DNA of 64,000 bases from NCBI GenBank assembly GCA_038883775.1, contig JAVZLM010000008.1, forward strand, positions 1 to 64,000. Reading direction: 5' to 3'. Positions 58,803 to 64,000 of this stretch are shown here, piece by piece. A program made the translations under genes and the position numbers. The notes below the pieces were generated by a model. It was not told the origin of the DNA, did not search any database, and saw only the letters and a program-made list of their open reading frames with translations. The stretch's first letter is position 1, and the number at the start of each line of letters is the position of its first letter. Source of the stretch: Candidatus Bathyarchaeia archaeon. GTDB taxonomy: Archaea > Thermoproteota > Bathyarchaeia > Bathyarchaeales > Bathycorpusculaceae.

Positions 58803-59639
58803 TTAGAAAAACTTGTTTAATCCTTGCTGGGTTTTTCTTCCAGCTTGCATGGTTATGGTTTCCCCAAAATTAATTCGCATGCCATCAGAAGCAGCAACCG
58901 TTGGAACGCTAGTTTCTTCTTGGATGAGTTTTGCTTCGTTTGTTGGTCCCTTAAATATCATTTGCATTCCAAAATGGGTTAAAACTGCTTGTTCTGGATG
59001 CGCCTCTTTAATTATTTTTATGGCGTCGTTTGTTGTCATGTGTCCCTTCCATGGTTTTCCAGTTGGTCGCATGATGCATAATAGGAGGAGCCTTACACCT
59101 TCGTAGTATTTGCCTACTCCTTCAAAATATTCTGTGTCGCTTGTGTAGGCGAAATCTCCGAAATCTTCTGTTTCAAATCTGAAGCCAACGCTGTCTGGGT
59201 CTGTATGTCTAGCCTCAGTAACGGAAACGTTCACATTGCCAACTTGAAATTTCAAGTTTGGAACAGCCTCAATTTTTTGTTCGGGCATCTGCTGGTGATA
59301 CTTAGAAATAGAAGGTTCGCACAGAACATTGCCAACCAAAACGCTTTTGGCAGCAGCAAGCACTCCACGCTTTCGAGTCATTCCACGAGTCATGGCTTCA
59401 ATCAAAACTTCGGCATCAGTATAATGGTCTGGATGACCATGTGAAACGAATATGGCGTTAATTTTTTGCGGGTCCAACCCTTCATTAATTGAATGCACAA
59501 GAGCGCCGGGTCCAGGGTCCAAATGCAAGTTTAAGTTTTCGCCAATTATGCGGATGCCGGCGGTACGCCTCTTCTGTGTTATTGTTGCGAATCTTCCCCC
59601 GCCAGTTCCAAGGAGAACTATTTCAAACTTTGAGCTCAT
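58803..59639 (-). CDS. Metallo-beta-lactamase fold hydrolase
   Basis: LGTGGGR, SHGHPDH, YTSDT, THFG. Confidence 0.9.
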   Translation of the reverse strand: MSSKFEIVLLGTGGGRFATITQKRRTAGIRIIGENLNLHLDPGPGALVHSINEGLDPQKINAIFVSHGHPDHYTDAEVLIEAMTRGMTRKRGVLAAAKSVLVGNVLCEPSISKYHQQMPEQKIEAVPNLKFQVGNVNVSVTEARHTDPDSVGFRFETEDFGDFAYTSDTEYFEGVGKYYEGVRLLLLCIMRPTGKPWKGHMTTNDAIKIIKEAHPEQAVLTHFGMQMIFKGPTNEAKLIQEETSVPTVAASDGMRINFGETITMQAGRKTQQGLNKFF

Positions 59640-59682
59640 AAACCAAATTATAGTGGTTAAATGATTTTTACTTTGCGTAAAG

Positions 59683-60681
59683 TTAAATGTAAAGGGTTGC
59701 GTAGGCGAGTAGGTAAAGAATTATGAACAGCATTCCCGTTTTCTTGTCTAATTTCTCTTTTATTGCGAGAATTAAAAGAATTATTACGGAACCAAAAAGT
59801 GCATACAAACCCGTGGTTTCTGCAATTCTCCCAGAAACGCTAATTGGGAAAAATAAGGGTCCAATTCCAATGGAAAAGCCAGCGTCGACGATGCTGCTTC
59901 CTATAACGTCTCCTATGGCAATTTCGTACTGCTTCTTCCGGACAGCTGTCAAGTCAACAACAAGTTCTGGAAGTGATGTTCCAATGGCGACTAAAAAGAA
60001 GCTTATAAAATATTCTGGTATAAGCAGAACCGCTGACAAAGTGATAACCGACTCAATAACAATAAAGGAACCAACGGCGACTCCTATGAAACCAAGAAGG
60101 GCAAAAACTAAGTGATGGAATAATCCTTGACCAGAATGCGACGCAACTTCAGGCTTTTTCATGACATTTCTAACTATTAGCATTAGGATTGGCCAACTGG
60201 TAACTAGGAATATGGCGTTCATTCTTGAAATGTAACCCTTTTCCACCATTGATATTGCAACTATAAGTGCCAAAATCTCACAAGCGCCCATAACAGTTAT
60301 TTCCTGTCTTTTAACCTTGAAAGTGCTTCCAACTAAAGCGATAAGTCCTAACATTAAAGTCATTTGGGCTAGAACCGATCCGAAGGAATCTCCAACGTTT
60401 ATGTCGCCGTGACCTAAGGCGGATGAGAAAATTGAGTTTGCAATTTCTGGAAAATCCGTGCCCAAAGACACTATTATAAGCCCTATCATAAGGGGAGACA
60501 TGCCCAAAGCTGAGGCTATATTAACCGAATGTTCCACCGCTTTCTCAGCGGAAAAAGCCAAAAGAAAAATGCCAAAAATGAAGAGGACTGTTCCAATGGT
60601 TACGTCAAAAGCCAGCCACAAACCAACCAGAAGAAGCGGGACACCCAAAGTCAAAATGAAGAAGATAATCCAATTCTTCAA
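59683..60681 (-). CDS. Sodium/calcium exchanger family protein
   Basis: GTDFPE and GTSLPE alpha repeats. Confidence 0.9.
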   Translation of the reverse strand: MKNWIIFFILTLGVPLLLVGLWLAFDVTIGTVLFIFGIFLLAFSAEKAVEHSVNIASALGMSPLMIGLIIVSLGTDFPEIANSIFSSALGHGDINVGDSFGSVLAQMTLMLGLIALVGSTFKVKRQEITVMGACEILALIVAISMVEKGYISRMNAIFLVTSWPILMLIVRNVMKKPEVASHSGQGLFHHLVFALLGFIGVAVGSFIVIESVITLSAVLLIPEYFISFFLVAIGTSLPELVVDLTAVRKKQYEIAIGDVIGSSIVDAGFSIGIGPLFFPISVSGRIAETTGLYALFGSVIILLILAIKEKLDKKTGMLFIILYLLAYATLYI

Positions 60682-60840
60682 AGGGTTTCACCTGCTTTTT
60701 TCAATAATTAGCTTTCATCATTCTTAAAATTTCCCTTCCATTCTCCTTCAATTTCAAGGGGAAAATGCGTAATTTTCAGTTTTTACGAAGAGAAAACATT
60801 TTAATATTGCACAAAAAGGGAATAGCAAAGGTGAACTGGC

Positions 60841-61818
60841 TTGTTCGAGGGAATGCTGATTAACGCTTTGATTCTCCTTGTTTCGCTATTAATACTTGAT
60901 AAAGCCAGCGATTGGACTATTACTAATTCTGTTAGGGTTGCGGACATAACTGGTTTTGGAAAAACGACGGTAGGCTTTATACTGGTTGCTTTCGCCACAT
61001 CCCTACCAGAACTTTCAGTGTCAATTTTCGCAGCGATTGGACAAGAATCCATAGGTGTAGCCATAGGCAATGTTTTAGGCTCAAATATTGTAAACGTTTG
61101 CCTAATTCTTGGCTTGTGCTTTGTAATGGCGGCATTAAAAAACTCGAATTATACGGTACTCATTCCAGCCATGGCGAAAGAAGATGTGGGAAGCCTATAT
61201 TTTGGCTTATTCATAGCTTCAATAATCCCATTAACGCTGCTTTACATTGGCTATGCAAGTAGATTCATAGGAATAATCCTCATCGCAATTTTCATATTCT
61301 ACATTTATCAGCTTTCAAAAATACGTAGAATAAAAGAGGAAAGCAGTTTAGGAAGGGAAAAGGAAAAACTTGGCAAATACGCTTTTCTAACCTTTCTGGG
61401 CGCGGCCTTAGTGGTCGCCAGCTCATATTTTATTGTTGACTCAGCCTCCTACATTGCAGAGGGTATAGGCATTCCAAAGGTTGTTATTGGCGCTACCGTT
61501 GTAGCTTTTGGCACAAGCCTGCCAGAGTTGGCTACGAGCATTGATGCTACAAGAAAGGGACATTTAGACTTGGCTTTGGGAAATATTGTTGGAAGCTGTT
61601 TCATAAACATAACATGCATTTTGGGCGTAACATTAACAGCCTCAACATTGAGGGTTAATATGAACGCTTTCTCAGACCTTGTCATGTTTTCGCTTATAAC
61701 AAATCTTCTTTTATGGTATTTTCTTTCAAGCGAAAAAATCAGCTGGAGGGAAGGCGCAGTTTTGCTATTCATATATTTCATGTTCTTAACTATCAATTTT
61801 AGCGGCTACAAACTTTAA
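60841..61818 (+). CDS. Sodium/calcium exchanger family protein
   Basis: ATSLPE/GNVLGSN and GTSLPE/GNIVGS. Confidence 0.92.
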   Translation: MFEGMLINALILLVSLLILDKASDWTITNSVRVADITGFGKTTVGFILVAFATSLPELSVSIFAAIGQESIGVAIGNVLGSNIVNVCLILGLCFVMAALKNSNYTVLIPAMAKEDVGSLYFGLFIASIIPLTLLYIGYASRFIGIILIAIFIFYIYQLSKIRRIKEESSLGREKEKLGKYAFLTFLGAALVVASSYFIVDSASYIAEGIGIPKVVIGATVVAFGTSLPELATSIDATRKGHLDLALGNIVGSCFINITCILGVTLTASTLRVNMNAFSDLVMFSLITNLLLWYFLSSEKISWREGAVLLFIYFMFLTINFSGYKL

Positions 61819-61900
61819 AGAAACGTTTCACTTAGAACCTCAATTGTGCGCTGCAAACGAGAAAATGAAAGTTTTTAAACTTTCTTAAAATTATTTTCAG

Positions 61901-63067
61901 TTGTGTTTGGATGTGTTTGATTACGTTTTAATTCACTATGGTGAGTTGGGGCTTAAAGGGTTAAATAAACCAAGTTTCGAGAGGAAATTGGTTGAAAATA
62001 TAGTTAAAGCTCTTGATGGAGTGGAATATGAGAAGATAAGGAAAATTCAGGGAAGAATTCTCTTAGAGCTTTCGGAAAAATCTGACTTGGGAAAAATTGA
62101 GGAAGCCCTCAAGAAGGTTTTTGGAATATCGTGGTTCGCCTTTTGTTTCACCACAGAAGCCAAACTAGACGCTATAAAACAGCTGCTGAATAAAAATTTC
62201 ATAATTGAGGCTGGCACAAAATTGAAAGTTTCAGCAAAAAGGGCGGATAAGACATTACCTTTCACGTCTATGGATGTAAACCGTGAATTAGGAACTTATC
62301 TCATCAAAAAATTCAATGCGCAAATTTCCTTGAAAGAACCGCAAAAAGAGATATTTGTTGAACTTGCAGAAGGAAAAGCCTATGTTTTTGACAAGAAAAT
62401 TAGGGGGTTATACGGTTTACCCGTTGGTGTTTCGGGAAAAGTTTTACACTTGTTGTCTGGCGGGATAGATTCGCCAGTGGCTGCATGGCTTCTAATGAAG
62501 AGGGGCTGCCAAACAGATTTTCTACATTTCCACGCCTTCCAAAATTTTGACGAGAAAAAGTGCCAAAAAATTTTGAAATTAGCAAAGGTTTTAGCCCAAT
62601 ACAACCCAAACCCAACGGCGTTTTTTGTTCCATTTTATCCCTTCGAAGCCGAAGCCGTTGAAGCACCAGCCAAGTATAGGCTTGTCCTATTCAGAAGGTT
62701 TATGGTTAGAGTTGCAGAGGAAATAGCCAAAAAACATGAAATAAAGGCTTTAGGAAGCGGCGAGAATCTGGCGCAGGTTTCATCCCAAACCTTAGAGAAT
62801 ATGGCCGTAATAAGCCAAGCAACAACGCTTCCAATACTAAGACCGTTGTTGACATATGAGAAGAATGAAACGGTTAATTTAGCAAAACAAATTGGAACTT
62901 TCGAAATTTCCATTCAGCCATATAAGGACTGTTGCACCCTATTTTTAACAAAGCATCCAGCAACAAAAGCCAAACTAGAAATTGTGGAAGCCTTTGAAAA
63001 GAAAATGAACCTAAACGAAGCCATAAAAGAAAGCCTCGAAAAAACCGAAACTGTAGAAATAAAGTAG
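61901..63067 (+). CDS. thiI: tRNA 4-thiouridine synthase
   Basis: HYGELGLKG, THUMP domain, SGGIDSPVA, QVSSQTL, PYKDCC. Confidence 0.95.
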   Translation: MCLDVFDYVLIHYGELGLKGLNKPSFERKLVENIVKALDGVEYEKIRKIQGRILLELSEKSDLGKIEEALKKVFGISWFAFCFTTEAKLDAIKQLLNKNFIIEAGTKLKVSAKRADKTLPFTSMDVNRELGTYLIKKFNAQISLKEPQKEIFVELAEGKAYVFDKKIRGLYGLPVGVSGKVLHLLSGGIDSPVAAWLLMKRGCQTDFLHFHAFQNFDEKKCQKILKLAKVLAQYNPNPTAFFVPFYPFEAEAVEAPAKYRLVLFRRFMVRVAEEIAKKHEIKALGSGENLAQVSSQTLENMAVISQATTLPILRPLLTYEKNETVNLAKQIGTFEISIQPYKDCCTLFLTKHPATKAKLEIVEAFEKKMNLNEAIKESLEKTETVEIK

Positions 63068-63135
63068 GCTAAACCGAAAATCTAGAGAGGGAGGGTCACT
63101 ATTGGCTGATTTTCAAACCAAAAGTATGGAGAAAA

Positions 63136-63483
63136 TTAACGTTTCTTTCTCTTCGCCTTCTTCGTGTCATCAAATTTTCTCTTTTTCTTTCCAAAAAATT
63201 CTGGATACCGCTGCACATCCTCATGAATTGGTCTTGGAATATTAGTTCTTGGAAAATAAGCATCCATACGCCCTTCAGGAGGCACTAATGGATATTTTGG
63301 CTTTTCCTTTTTGTAAACAAAATGATAGAGAAAATAAAGGTATACAAGGAAACAGCCAAAAAAAGAAAGCGAGTAAAGAAACAATTTAGCCAAAAGAGAG
63401 AAGAAAATGAAGGGTGTGAATAGGCAGATTCCAAAAATAAGGAAAAACCAAAATTTAATTTTCCTCTTCAAAGCCTTCTCCAA
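63136..63483 (-). CDS. Hypothetical membrane protein
   Basis: Two TM helices and a basic tail. Confidence 0.55.
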   Translation of the reverse strand: MEKALKRKIKFWFFLIFGICLFTPFIFFSLLAKLFLYSLSFFGCFLVYLYFLYHFVYKKEKPKYPLVPPEGRMDAYFPRTNIPRPIHEDVQRYPEFFGKKKRKFDDTKKAKRKKR

Positions 63484-63567
63484 ACAATCTTCGCCAAACT
63501 AACTATTACGCTTTATGCTCTTTTCAGTTTGCCTTTAAATAACCAAATAAGAATATTTCTTTTAGCC

Positions 63568-64000
63568 ATGTCCTCTGCTGAAATCGCCGTTCAAGTGTTC
63601 CGCACACTAGAAAATGAAGACATTAGAATACTGCAAGTCATAGAAGCAGCAAAAAGCAAACATGAATTTGTTCCAAAAGAAATTATAGCAAAATATGCAA
63701 AATTCAGCCCAGAAGAAACAGAATTTCGCCTAAACCGCCTAAACAAATTAAAACTCGTATACAGAATGAAGGGCGCCTATGTGGGCTACACGCTAAATTA
63801 TGCGGGCTACGATTGTTTAGCAATAAACGCCCTCGTAAAAGCTGGAATAATCGAAGCCTTCGGAAAACCTTTAGGCGTAGGCAAAGAAGCGGACGTTTAC
63901 GACGCCCTAAACCCAAAAGGCGAAAGAATAGCCGTAAAATTCCATAGACTGGGCAGAATAAGCTTTCGCCAAACAATAAGAAAAAGAGGCTACATAACTG
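63568..64000 (+). CDS. rio2: RIO2 kinase, 5' part (truncated by window end)
   Basis: MSSAEIA...HEFVP...GYTLNYAGYD...LGVGKEADVY...VKFHRLGRISFR. Confidence 0.92.
   Translation, partial: MSSAEIAVQVFRTLENEDIRILQVIEAAKSKHEFVPKEIIAKYAKFSPEETEFRLNRLNKLKLVYRMKGAYVGYTLNYAGYDCLAINALVKAGIIEAFGKPLGVGKEADVYDALNPKGERIAVKFHRLGRISFRQTIRKRGYIT

Noticed and set aside
59683-61818. Divergent pair of Na/Ca exchangers as a novel system
   Set aside because: Paralogous CaCA transporters are common, and nothing beyond adjacency is unusual.

Overview
This is an archaeal chromosomal segment, most consistent with Bathyarchaeia/TACK. That assignment is an inference from the diphthamide-less EF-2 paralog, the tRNA intron style and overall gene content. 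The window opens inside a 23S rRNA gene (minus strand) with no 16S gene upstream. It holds four tRNAs: Thr-TGT, Met-CAT with a non-canonical 30-nt intron, Ile2-CAT and Gly-GCC. Housekeeping genes include rpiA, an RPA-like SSB, Hsp20, purE/purC/purP, pyrH, thiI, RIO kinases, an Ogg glycosylase and Opp/Dpp and other ABC transporters. Accessory highlights are: (1) a 2,933-bp SSV1-type element integrated in tRNA-Gly with a split integrase, an AbrB + PD-(D/E)XK nuclease-like operon, no replication gene, and a non-coding block of different long inverted repeats tied to a repeated 21-bp core; (2) two paralogous wHTH + Mrr-like nuclease modules, one with a perfectly phased A-AAA-AAG slippery site and a start-less nuclease ORF; (3) a pilin operon with two Roadblock proteins; (4) a RelE toxin-antitoxin cassette bounded by ~55-bp direct repeats; (5) an orphan NurA-HerA pair beside the nuclease cluster. 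All calls come from reading motifs by eye; no database searches were run.
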